A stretch of 63,776 bases of DNA, filler included, from Methanobacteriota archaeon (lineage in GTDB: Archaea; JACRDV01), in the NCBI GenBank assembly GCA_024860865.1. It is 7 parts of 7 records of this genome, joined end to end, with 100 filler letters (N's around TTAATTAATTAA, not from the genome) between each part and the next. Parts side by side here need not be neighbours in the genome. Positions count along the whole stretch, not along the records: positions 25,289 to 31,778 come from JACRDV010000154.1; positions 31,879 to 40,270 come from JACRDV010000156.1; 5 more parts are not named here. One strand, given 5' to 3'. The position numbers and the translations under genes were made by a program. Of this stretch, positions 28,922-38,493 are shown piece after piece. The notes beneath the pieces were generated by a model that was not told the DNA's origin, did no database searches, and saw only the letters and a list, made by a program, of their open reading frames with translations. Positions within the stretch are counted from its first letter, which is position 1. Every line of letters begins with the position of its first letter.

Positions 28922-31204
28922 GTGAAAATAATGGAAAGTTCTTCAGTAAAAAAAGTTGTAGGACTAAATGTTGTAAAGTCCAGCGGTGAAATGGAAGTAT
29001 TCAACCCAAATAAAATCAGAAATGAATGCATTGAAGCAGGAATACCTTCCTGGACAGCAGCTGAAGTTTCGCTTGCAATTGCAAATCGAGTTTATAATGG
29101 TATAAGCACAAAAGAAATTCAACGTTTAGTACTCGAGTTTTTAAGAATTAAAGACCCTGATTCTGCGAAAAGGTATGAAAGATTCCACAGTATGTTAGTC
29201 AGAACTTCAAAGAATCTAATTGAACCATTTAATAGAGAGAAAATTATAATTTCATTAATAAAAGAGGCTGGACTTCAAAGCGATGTTGCTGAAAGAATTG
29301 CAAAGGAAGTTGAGGAAACTCTTAGGCATTTAAAGCTCGACTTTTTGACTTCGCCACTAATACGAGAAATGGTCAGCGTAAAACTTCTCGAATATGGCCT
29401 AGAAGAAGCTAGAACGAGTTATACTAGAGTTGGACTGCCTGTATTTGATGTTGCCCTTTTGATTGAAGGCAACCACCCCTCTTTTTTAAAAGAAAATACA
29501 AACTTGCAGCTTAACCCTGAAACAATTCATAAACACATGGGAGATACTGTTGCAAAAGAATTTACTTTACTTAAGATACCATTAAAGCTTGCAGATGCCC
29601 ATTTAAAGGGTCTAATCCACATCCACAATTTAGAATTTTTTATGACGAGACCATTCTCTCAGGGACATGATTTGCGATTTTTCTTAAAAAATGGATTAGT
29701 TGGTTATAATAATTCAGTTACGGGGCCTGCTTGTCATCCCGAAGTTGCAATCTTACATTCTGTTAGAGAGTTAGATATTGCTCAAACAAATTGGTCTGAT
29801 GAACAAAGCTATGATTTCTTTAATATTTGGTTAGCACCTTATGTTGCTGGCTTAAAATATGAAAAAATAAAACAACTCGCTCAGATGTTTATTTATGAAG
29901 TTAACCAAATGTTTGTTGCAAAAGGACAAACTGCCCCCTCATTAATTATGCTTGAGCCGACTGTTCCAAAGGTTGTTGAAAATATTCTAGCTGTTAAGCC
30001 AGGTGGTAAAAATGGCCCAGAAACCTATGGGAACTACGCAAAAGAGGCTAACCAACTGTTTAACGCTTTTATTGATGTGCTTTTACAAGGCGATTATTTA
30101 GGAAAGCCATTTAATCTTCCAGTTATTGAGATTAAACTCACTCGAGAACATCTTTCCAAATTTGAAGAAGAATACTCCAAAACAGCAAAGCTAGCTGCAA
30201 AGTTTGGAATGCCGTATTATCTAAACTTATGTCCAGAGTACATGTATAACATAACAAACTCATTGTACAGGAGGATTACAGCACAGGATTCAGGTGATGA
30301 AAATTACAGAGGCTACCTTAGGACAGGTTCGCTCCAAGTTGTAACTATTAATTTGCCAAGAATTGCATATGAAGCAAATGGTAACGATGTTAAATTTTTT
30401 GAAATTTTAAGAGAAAGAATGAATCTTGCAAAAGAAGTTTTAATGTTTAAACGCGAAATCATTAAAGAAAGAATGAAACATGGAGCACTGCCTTTTTGCA
30501 GCATGGATATTGGTGGTGAATATTATCTAGACCTTAATGAGCAAACGCTTGACATCAGTTTTGTTGGTTTAAATGAAATGTTAAAAGCTCATATCCAACA
30601 GGAACTCCACGAAAGTCAAGAAGCAGAGAATTTCGGCCAAAAAGTCGTTAAATATATGGTTGATACAAAAAATGAGTTTATACGCCAAACTGGCCTGCGA
30701 TTTGAGTTGATTCAAACTGCAGATGAAAGTGTAAGCCACAGACTTGCTTTGCTTGATTTCAAAGAATTTAACGGAAAAACTGTTGTTCAAGGCAACAAAC
30801 TTTCTGGATCTATTTATTATACAAATTTTTCACACATCCGTTCAAGTGCACCTATCCCACTAAGTGAAAGAATCAGGACTGAAGCTAGCTTCCATCCACA
30901 TGTTCAAGGAAAAGCAATTTTAGATTTATTCTTTAATGAATCAGATCCGGAAAAAATTTGGATATTAACGAAGAAAATCGCCACGGAAACTTTAACAGCT
31001 CGCTTCACTTATACGAAAGATCTTACTTTTTGTCACAAGTGCAACAAAATGAATAGCGGATTGTTAGAAAAGTGTCCAAATTGTGGGGCTGAAAATAATA
31101 ATTTAGAATTTTATTCGCGCACATCTGGATATTATCAAGCACTAAAACAAGGTTGGAGTAGCAAGAAACAAGAGTTACTTGATCGGTATAAATACAAAAT
31201 TTAG
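28922..31204 (+). CDS. nrdD: Class III (anaerobic) ribonucleotide reductase-like protein with two ATP cones; catalytic Cys apparently missing
   Basis: Two ATP-cone motifs (VVKSSGEMEVFNPNKI; VRTSKNLIEPFNREKI), HLKGLIHIH, TINLPRIA, YYTN, CxxC...CxxC and SRTSGY glycyl-radical motif. Confidence 0.85.
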   Translation: MKIMESSSVKKVVGLNVVKSSGEMEVFNPNKIRNECIEAGIPSWTAAEVSLAIANRVYNGISTKEIQRLVLEFLRIKDPDSAKRYERFHSMLVRTSKNLIEPFNREKIIISLIKEAGLQSDVAERIAKEVEETLRHLKLDFLTSPLIREMVSVKLLEYGLEEARTSYTRVGLPVFDVALLIEGNHPSFLKENTNLQLNPETIHKHMGDTVAKEFTLLKIPLKLADAHLKGLIHIHNLEFFMTRPFSQGHDLRFFLKNGLVGYNNSVTGPACHPEVAILHSVRELDIAQTNWSDEQSYDFFNIWLAPYVAGLKYEKIKQLAQMFIYEVNQMFVAKGQTAPSLIMLEPTVPKVVENILAVKPGGKNGPETYGNYAKEANQLFNAFIDVLLQGDYLGKPFNLPVIEIKLTREHLSKFEEEYSKTAKLAAKFGMPYYLNLCPEYMYNITNSLYRRITAQDSGDENYRGYLRTGSLQVVTINLPRIAYEANGNDVKFFEILRERMNLAKEVLMFKREIIKERMKHGALPFCSMDIGGEYYLDLNEQTLDISFVGLNEMLKAHIQQELHESQEAENFGQKVVKYMVDTKNEFIRQTGLRFELIQTADESVSHRLALLDFKEFNGKTVVQGNKLSGSIYYTNFSHIRSSAPIPLSERIRTEASFHPHVQGKAILDLFFNESDPEKIWILTKKIATETLTARFTYTKDLTFCHKCNKMNSGLLEKCPNCGAENNNLEFYSRTSGYYQALKQGWSSKKQELLDRYKYKI

Positions 31205-31350
31205 AGTAAAGTTCGTCAATTCTTTTTTAGAGAATTTTTTCTTAAACTACAAATTTTCTAAACGATTTAGGGCGAGATTTTTTCAAAATGGAGTTAAAAA
31301 ATTCCTATACTATTTTTTATAGTAGAGGTTCTGTTGCGTTTTCGGGACTT

Positions 31351-31385
31351 AATACTTCCGACCACCTCTGTCAAGTTATATACTT
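31351..31385 (+). repeat. 35-bp repeat with TATA-like box upstream of tnpB (possible IS left end)
   Basis: 33/35 identical to the inverted copy at 28581-28615; ends 20 nt before the tnpB ATG. Confidence 0.8.
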
Positions 31386-31405
31386 AAAGAATTGCATAAT
31401 AAGGT

Positions 31406-31778
31406 ATGCAAGCTATTAAAACAGTTCAGATATCTTATCAACCTACCCACGAGATTCTCAACCTGCTTGAAGCCTCCAGGGACATGGTTAATTATTCCAT
31501 TTTTATTGGCTTAGGGAAAAACATAACCTCTAGGTTCAAGCTTTCGAACGAGGTCTACCACAAGTTAGCAGAGTCTGGATTGCACACTTGGTATGCGCTC
31601 TCTGCAATTGAGGTTGCTACTGCTATCTTGAAGAACTATCGAAAAGCAATTAGGAGAGGAGAAAAACCAAAGCAACCACATGCTAAAAAACTTATGGCCA
31701 AACTTGGGAACCAAGCATACAAGGTCGAGGGAGACGAGCTCAGAATTCCGATAAAGCCCAGAGAATACTTCTATGTTA
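31406..31778 (+). mobile_element. tnpB: IS200/IS605-family TnpB-like gene, N-terminal part (contig end)
   Basis: LLEASRDMVN..I, A..ILKNYRK and LRIPIKPREY resemble archaeal TnpB N-termini. The RuvC/Zn-ribbon half is not in the window. Confidence 0.65.
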
Positions 31779-31878
31779 NNNNNNNNNNNNNNNNNNNNNN
31801 NNNNNNNNNNNNNNNNNNNNNNTTAATTAATTAANNNNNNNNNNNNNNNNNNNNNNNNNNNNNNNNNNNNNNNNNNNN

Positions 31879-32701
31879 AAAAATTAATTTTGGGATTATT
31901 TTTAATGAACCCAAATTTTTTTGCGCAATCAAAATATTTTATTAAGCCTTTCTCATTCTCTTTATCAAACCCATAATCCAATTTTGACAAGTGTTCTTTC
32001 ATAAAATTTGTGCTTATATTAATTCCTTTTGAAAGTTTTTCAGAAATCACATCAAAATTTTCATAAGCATATTTTTTCGATTTACATAGTTTTTGATATA
32101 ACATTTGTAGCTGCTCAGGATGTTGTTCTGCAAATTCCTTCCTAATTGCCCACAATGCATAGACCATTTTATTCCCCGTAAGAGCTTTCCATTCTTCGCC
32201 TAGATCAGTCAAGACTTTATTTTTTCTATAGTTTGCAATCAGTGCGTGGTCTCCAATAAGGAGTGCGGCATCAGCTTTTTTAAGCATACTTTTTATATCG
32301 GGATTGCTGTGGTAAATGATTTCAGCATTGATACCTTTAATTTTCAAAATGATTTGAGCAAGGATAGTTGAGCTTGCCGATGTACTAGGAACGGCTAATT
32401 TTTTATCCTTTAAATCTTCTAAAGAAGTGCAATTCTCAGAAAAAATAAGTATGCTTTTTGTTTCACCATAGCCGCTTATCGAAAAATCAGGGAGAATCAA
32501 TAGATTCTTAGAATTTTGTCCGTAGATAATTGATGGAATTGGCCCTATATCGATTTCATTGTTAAGAAGCATTTCTCCAAGTTTAGGTGGGTGGGCAGTA
32601 TGAAAACTAGAATCGTCCAATTTAACTATACCATTTACAATTGCATAATAGATAAAATCAGTATTTTTAAAAAAAGTTTGGCCAATTCTTATATTAACCA
32701 T
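31879..32701 (-). CDS. mqnA: Chorismate dehydratase MqnA-like (futalosine pathway), 3' end at contig edge
   Basis: IG..F.N, SASS..LAQIIL, ALLIGDHAL, DLGEEWKALTG..MVYALW motifs. Confidence 0.82.
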
Positions 32702-32794
32702 TTTGCTCCAAAGAGATTTTCATATTCAGAATTTATATTTTTCTCTTGAAGTTTTTAAAACTTTTAGAGATACATTTAAACACAATAGAAAGTA

Positions 32795-33007
32795 TTGTAT
32801 ACATATGATAGAGATGCAAAAATTGCAGCCACGGTTTTAAAAGTTGATTTCCAGAGTATATCAATTATCTTGTTGGAGGCCCTCATGAAAGATATTATAT
32901 CAGTCGATGAATTTGAACTTAAGCTCGATGAACTTGCATCTATAGCAGGTTTACCAAAAGATAGAGTAGTTGAAATTAAACGTATTGGAAAAATATTAAA
33001 AGGATGA
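32795..33007 (+). pseudogene. Probable C-terminal remnant of a PIN-domain protein
   Basis: YTYDRDAKIAA..L motif with no N-terminal part; precedes a UPF0175-like gene. Confidence 0.45.
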
Positions 33008-33013
33008 TTTGAA

Positions 33014-33355
33014 ATGCCACAAACTGTTGTTACTGTTAGAATAGATCAAAAACTTCTGAGATGGTTAGATGAGATAGCAAAAGCGCTTAAAATTGATCGA
33101 GCAAGTATAGTGCGGATATTATTGAACGAAGGTGTACAAAAACATAAACTAGAACTTGCATTAAAACTCCTAAAGGAAGGAAAAATCACCACTGAAAAAG
33201 CTGCAGAGATGTGTGAACTTTCTATTTATGAAATAATTGAAGCTGCCAGAAAAGAGGGTATACCAAGTCAATTAACAATTGAGGATATTAGAAAAGAAAC
33301 AGCTACCATGCTGAAAAGGCTAAAGAAAGTCGAATTAGCCAAAAAAATCTCATAA
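33014..33355 (+). CDS. UPF0175-family (RHH + HTH) putative antitoxin
   Basis: VVTVRID, DRASIVRILL and GKITTEKAAEMCELS motifs. Confidence 0.8.
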   Translation: MPQTVVTVRIDQKLLRWLDEIAKALKIDRASIVRILLNEGVQKHKLELALKLLKEGKITTEKAAEMCELSIYEIIEAARKEGIPSQLTIEDIRKETATMLKRLKKVELAKKIS

Positions 33356-33383
33356 GAAAATCTAAGAAAGAATATAGAAAGTT

Positions 33384-34511
33384 TTAGAAGACTTTAATAA
33401 TTTCATATGTTGTAGTTCTCTGTGCTGGAATTCTTCCTGCTTCTCTTATCAATTCTACAAGCTGATCTTTTGTGATGTATTCCTCACTCGTAGCGCCGGC
33501 AGCGTGAGTTATCTTTTCTTCTACCACTGTTCCATCTAGGTCATTAACCCCATAATTTAAAGAGATCTGGGCTAATTTTCTCCCCAACATTATCCAGAAC
33601 GCTCTGATATTTTTTATATAATCATTTAGTAGAATCCTTGAAACTGCAAGAGTCTTTAAATCATCAAAACCGGTTGGGCCATTTTTAACTAATCCTTCTT
33701 TTAAAAGACATGTGTTCTGGGGATGAAAACTCAGAGGTATGAATGCTTGAAATCCGCCAGATTTCTTTTGTGTCTCTCTCAGTTTAAGGATATGATCAAC
33801 TCTATCTTCTATAGTTTCGATGTGGCCATAAAGCATAGTTGCGTTGGTTTTTAATCCTAGTTTATGGGCAATCGTATGAACATTGAGCCATCCCTCTCCG
33901 CTTACCTTATTCGGGCATAGCTTTTTTCTAAGCTCTTCATTAAACACTTCTGCCCCGCCACCGGGAATTGAACCTAAGCCGGCATCAATAAGCCTTTTCA
34001 AGACTTCCTCTATACTATTTCCAGAAATTTTTGTGAAATAAGCTATCTCCACAGCCGTAAAGGCTTGAATGTGAATATTTGGAAATTTTTCTTTAATTTT
34101 TTTTAGCATTTCTTCATAAAATTCGAAGGAAAGATCAGGATGCAATGAGCCAACAATGTGAACTTCAGTAATACCAAGTTGTACTGTCTCTGAAATTTTT
34201 TTTAAAATTTCATCAATAGATAGAGTATATGCTTCAGGTGATTCTGTATCCCTATAGAAGGCGCAGAATTTACATTTACTAACACATATGTTAGTGTAGT
34301 TTATGTGCCTGTTGATCACGAAAGTTACAATGTCCCCAACTGTTCTTTTTCGGAGATTATCTGCTAAAGCACCGAGCAAAAGAAGGTTATTTGATTTCAT
34401 TAAAACAATACCGTCTTCTCTATCAAGTTCTTCTCCATTTAGTGCCTTTTCTACTACACCTGAAATTTCATCTTCGCGAAATTCTTTTAATAAAGCGCTT
34501 AATTTTTGCAT
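33384..34511 (-). CDS. mqnE: Aminofutalosine synthase (radical SAM, MqnE/CofH family)
   Basis: INYTNICVSKCKFC, PGGGAE, NATMLYGHIE, FQAFIPL and DLDGTVVEEKI motifs; sits among mqn genes. Confidence 0.85.
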   Translation of the reverse strand: MQKLSALLKEFREDEISGVVEKALNGEELDREDGIVLMKSNNLLLLGALADNLRKRTVGDIVTFVINRHINYTNICVSKCKFCAFYRDTESPEAYTLSIDEILKKISETVQLGITEVHIVGSLHPDLSFEFYEEMLKKIKEKFPNIHIQAFTAVEIAYFTKISGNSIEEVLKRLIDAGLGSIPGGGAEVFNEELRKKLCPNKVSGEGWLNVHTIAHKLGLKTNATMLYGHIETIEDRVDHILKLRETQKKSGGFQAFIPLSFHPQNTCLLKEGLVKNGPTGFDDLKTLAVSRILLNDYIKNIRAFWIMLGRKLAQISLNYGVNDLDGTVVEEKITHAAGATSEEYITKDQLVELIREAGRIPAQRTTTYEIIKVF

Positions 34512-34523
34512 AAGAACATCCTG

Positions 34524-35243
34524 CTAGGGTTTAATACCAATATGTATAGCAACTACGCCACAGGTAAGATTGTAAATTTTGATATTTTTTAATCCAACAT
34601 CTTCCATTATTTTCTTTAGTTTTTCTTTAGAAGGAAAATTTATTACTGAATTAGGAAGATAAACGTATGCATCTTTCCTTTTTGAAACTAGTCCCCCAAT
34701 AATTGGAAGAACTTTGAGAATATAAAAGTAGTAAATTTTTCTAAATAAAAAATTTTTAGGTTGAGTGAATTCGAGAGAAATAACTTTTCCACCTGCCTTA
34801 ACAACTCTAGTCATTTCTTCAAAAGTTTTTTTAACATCTGTAACATTCCTTAAGGCAAAACTAATTGTTGCGCAATCGAAGGTATTGTCCAAAAAAGGGA
34901 GATTTTCTGCTTTTTGTGCGATGAATTCAATTATTTTTTCATATTTAGTATTTTTAATCTTCTCTTGAGCTTTAGCGAGCATTTTTTTGACGAAATCCAC
35001 TCCAACAACTTTGCCATTTGCTCCGACAAGTTTGGCTAGCTCTATGGCTAATTCACCTGTTCCAGTAGCAACGTCAATTGCCCTACCTCCTGGTTTAAGT
35101 TCAGACTTAATGGCAGTGAATTTCCTCCAGTATTTATCTCGGTTTAAACTTAGCAACGTATTTAGAAGGTCATACTTATCTACGATTGCTGAAAACATCT
35201 TTTGAACATACTCTGCTTTTTTTTCCGTATTGAAATCTATCAT
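34524..35243 (-). CDS. menG: Demethylmenaquinone methyltransferase (UbiE/MenG)
   Basis: YDLLN.LLS, DVATGTGE, FALRNV and AYVYLPNS motifs. Confidence 0.9.
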   Translation of the reverse strand: MIDFNTEKKAEYVQKMFSAIVDKYDLLNTLLSLNRDKYWRKFTAIKSELKPGGRAIDVATGTGELAIELAKLVGANGKVVGVDFVKKMLAKAQEKIKNTKYEKIIEFIAQKAENLPFLDNTFDCATISFALRNVTDVKKTFEEMTRVVKAGGKVISLEFTQPKNFLFRKIYYFYILKVLPIIGGLVSKRKDAYVYLPNSVINFPSKEKLKKIMEDVGLKNIKIYNLTCGVVAIHIGIKP

Positions 35244-35350
35244 GATATCTCTCCTAAACGTTGCGAAAACGAATTAAAATCAATCTTAACTTTTTTGTTT
35301 AAATTTTCTACCGTAGAGATTTGTTAGAATTAGAAAATTAGTCTTTTAAT

Positions 35351-35857
35351 TTACTTGAGAAGTTCTTCAATTGATCCAGTAAGCTCGCTTTCGCTTATAG
35401 CCCCTGTATACCTTCGAGCAATTTTTCCATCTTTTGTAATAAAGAAAGTGGTTGGGATACCGGTAACTTCATAGTCTCTCGCGATCTTTCCATCCCTATC
35501 ATAGCCATTTAGGAAAGTAATATCAAATTCTTGAATAAAAGCCCTTGCGTTAGCCTCGCTATCTGCAATATTTATTCCAATAAAAATGACTCCTTTTTCT
35601 TTGTATATTCTGTAGACTTTTTCAAGAGTAGGTGCTTCAAAACGGCAAGGGCCGCACCAAGAAGCCCAAAAATTTAGTACAACTGGTTTACCTCTAAACT
35701 CTTTGAGCGTGAGTTCTTTACCATCGAATAATTTTAAGGTAAATAGTGGAGCATCAGATAGAGAAGTTTTCTTAGTATATTTATCAATAGCATATACAGC
35801 AAACACCAAAAGTAAAAATATGGTGGCTGAAATCAGTACTATTTTCTTGGTTTGCAA
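35351..35857 (-). CDS. TlpA/ResA-like thiol-disulfide oxidoreductase
   Basis: [12 protein letters not shown] and GIPTTFFI motifs; N-terminal TM anchor. Confidence 0.9.
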   Translation of the reverse strand: MQTKKIVLISATIFLLLVFAVYAIDKYTKKTSLSDAPLFTLKLFDGKELTLKEFRGKPVVLNFWASWCGPCRFEAPTLEKVYRIYKEKGVIFIGINIADSEANARAFIQEFDITFLNGYDRDGKIARDYEVTGIPTTFFITKDGKIARRYTGAISESELTGSIEELLK

Positions 35858-36065
35858 ATTTTTCTCCTTTTTTCTTTAGTTTTAATTATGGAATGAACTA
35901 GCTATGTTCTATCCATTTTTATATCTTTTGATAGTTGGTGGCAATTGGTTAATTTGGCCATTTTCTGCGAGTGAAAATTTTTATAAAAAACAAAAAAAAT
36001 TTTTACTAATAAAACCCGGTGATAAATTGGGAATGCACAACAAGTTTCTATAAAAATTAAATTGG

Positions 36066-36950
36066 TTATTTGTTTCTGGCTTTAAAGCTTTCTTCATACC
36101 AGTCAACCAGTAAGTCTTTCTTAAAAGTTTTTGAAATAGTTAAAGTTGAAATTGCAAAGAGCAATATAATAGCTCCAGTTGCAGCATGAAGAACATCTTG
36201 AAAAGCATGAGTCATAACATACAACCATCCGTTCTGAGCTATATGAGCATATCTTCCAACAAGTATATCTATTCCTAAAAGAGTTGTTGCAATTCCAAGA
36301 GTTGGAAGGTTCACCATAATTATGCCGTGTTCAAAATAGGCCCTTTTTGTCTCTCTAATAAGTAAGTAAGTTAAAACTAATGTGGGAAGGAATACAACAT
36401 AAATAAAAGGCGCTTCAATTCTTTGATCCCAAGGAGTTTCAGCTTGGCTTGCAAGAATTGCTGAAAGTGAAATAAATGATATAAAAATTATAAAGATTTC
36501 TTTTGTTGAGGCAGCACCAAAGCCTTCAAATTGATCTAAATACTCTTTCAAACCAATGTAAAAATAATATAGCACTAAAGGAGCAGCCATCATATGGGTA
36601 TAGTGGAAGAAGTCATGTCCAAACGGTCCAAAGAAATGCTCTGCCACTTCTCCGAATCCGATTAAACCAGAGAAAATAATTCCTACCATAGTAGGTTTCC
36701 AACCATATCTTGAGCCTCGGAAATAGATGTGGATAACATACACAGCAACCAAGCTTGCCAAAAAATGAAACATGCCAACATATAGATGCACGGGGGTTTC
36801 AAGCATTCCAAAATGAACGTCCCATTGCCCTGCTAACATAGATTCTTCATTAAAATTTGCTTTTTCAAAATCAAGTGTAAATAACCAAATTAAAGAAGCT
36901 AAAATCACGATTATTAATAAACCTTTTTTTATATTAATTGAATTTCCCAT
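36066..36950 (-). CDS. His-rich multi-pass membrane protein, function unknown
   Basis: About eight hydrophobic segments with many His residues (EHFFGPFGHDFFHYTH; HAFQDVLH). Confidence 0.7.
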   Translation of the reverse strand: MGNSINIKKGLLIIVILASLIWLFTLDFEKANFNEESMLAGQWDVHFGMLETPVHLYVGMFHFLASLVAVYVIHIYFRGSRYGWKPTMVGIIFSGLIGFGEVAEHFFGPFGHDFFHYTHMMAAPLVLYYFYIGLKEYLDQFEGFGAASTKEIFIIFISFISLSAILASQAETPWDQRIEAPFIYVVFLPTLVLTYLLIRETKRAYFEHGIIMVNLPTLGIATTLLGIDILVGRYAHIAQNGWLYVMTHAFQDVLHAATGAIILLFAISTLTISKTFKKDLLVDWYEESFKARNK

Positions 36951-37027
36951 ATTTTAATTAAGTTAATTTTTCTAATATTTAAGTATAAGAGAAAACTTTT
37001 ATAAATAATTAAGAAAATTGTTTAATT

Positions 37028-37495
37028 ATGGCATACGATGTTTTCAAAATAGTTGGGGATAAAAGTAGATTAAATATATTGAAGTGTATTGGATTAAAAC
37101 GCAGTGGAATATCTGTGAGCGAGATAGTTAGATGTACGAAGCTAGAGCAATCTCTAGTATCCCATCATTTGCAAAAATTGAGAGAAGAGGGCTTTGTGCG
37201 AAGCAAAGCTGAAGGACAGCAGAGAATTTATACAATTTCTGATCCTAGAATTTTATTTCTTATTGAAAAAACCGCGGATGCATTGAGGTACGTCGCAAGG
37301 GAACCATTAGGGATTACTGGAGAAAAGAAAATCGAAAAACAAATTAAAACGGGGAAATTGCATTCAAAGGAAGAGTTGTTAAAAGAAATATCTAGTTTTG
37401 AAAGGGAATTTACACTGCTATTTGGAGAAACAATGGCAAGGAAAATGGCAGTACAAATGAGGAAAGTTGTTAAAGAAATGTTTAGTAAAGGTTAA
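37028..37495 (+). CDS. ArsR/SmtB regulator with C-terminal extension
   Basis: FK..GDKSRL.IL and QSLVSHHLQKLR motifs. Confidence 0.85.
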   Translation: MAYDVFKIVGDKSRLNILKCIGLKRSGISVSEIVRCTKLEQSLVSHHLQKLREEGFVRSKAEGQQRIYTISDPRILFLIEKTADALRYVAREPLGITGEKKIEKQIKTGKLHSKEELLKEISSFEREFTLLFGETMARKMAVQMRKVVKEMFSKG

Positions 37496-37768
37496 TTTTA
37501 TCTTTTTCAAGCTGATTAGTGCCAGAAAAATTTGATTTAATTATAGGAATTCTGATTCTCTTCTGCCAAATTAAACCGACCAAAATTACCTTCAAAAAAT
37601 CTTTTAATGTACATGGACGTGAATAAATACCCATATATTTATAAAAATTTTTTAATTTAATTAAAAAACAATAACAAAAAATTTATATTAGTTAAATTCC
37701 CCCTTTTGGCTGTGGAAAAATGAAGATCTGCTTTTTTGTTAGTATCAATTAAGAATAGGTGATGAAAA

Positions 37769-38482
37769 ATGCCAGAACAAGTAGATCCTTTAACTATAAT
37801 GGAAGAGGACCTCAAGAGGGCTCTGAAAAAAGCTCCAGATCAAAGGCAGTGGGCGATGGTGATTGATCTCAAAAAATGTGTTGGATGCCACGCGTGTACT
37901 ATCTCTTGTATAGCTGAGAATGTTCTGCCGCCAAATGTGATTTATAGAGTTGTCTTTGAAGAGGAGTCAGGAGAGTTTCCTAACACTAAAAGGAAGTTTA
38001 TCCCCCGCCCATGTATGCAGTGTGATAATCCTCCCTGCGTACCAGTATGTCCAGTTAAGGCTACATGGAAAAGAGAGGACGCTATAGTAGCAATTGATTA
38101 CAACAAATGCATTGGCTGCGGTAGATGTGTTAGGGCATGTCCCTACAACGCGAGAAGTTTAGATTATGCAAGATTCTACACAGATGGAACTCCCAAAATT
38201 GAGGATTACGAAAAGAGGCCTAGTTTTGAGTATAAGAAAAAATGGCCGAGAGTTAAATATGCCCCACCAATGCTGAGCGCTAGGAAATGTCACTTTTGTA
38301 TCCATAGAATAGAAAACGGTGTGCTTGGCACATGCACCACAACTTGCATAGGAAGGGCCACTTATTTTGGCGATGCAAACGACCCGGACAGCTTAGTTTC
38401 CAAGAAATTAAAAACACCAGGTGCTGCAGTTCTTAGACCAGAACTAGGTACAAAACCCAGAGTATACTACCTTGGCCTGTAG
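37769..38482 (+). CDS. 4Fe-4S subunit of a molybdoenzyme (TtrB/NrfC/DsrO-like)
   Basis: [38 protein letters not shown] and GTKPRVYY motifs. Confidence 0.9.
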   Translation: MPEQVDPLTIMEEDLKRALKKAPDQRQWAMVIDLKKCVGCHACTISCIAENVLPPNVIYRVVFEEESGEFPNTKRKFIPRPCMQCDNPPCVPVCPVKATWKREDAIVAIDYNKCIGCGRCVRACPYNARSLDYARFYTDGTPKIEDYEKRPSFEYKKKWPRVKYAPPMLSARKCHFCIHRIENGVLGTCTTTCIGRATYFGDANDPDSLVSKKLKTPGAAVLRPELGTKPRVYYLGL

Positions 38483-38493
38483 GAGGTTAAAAA

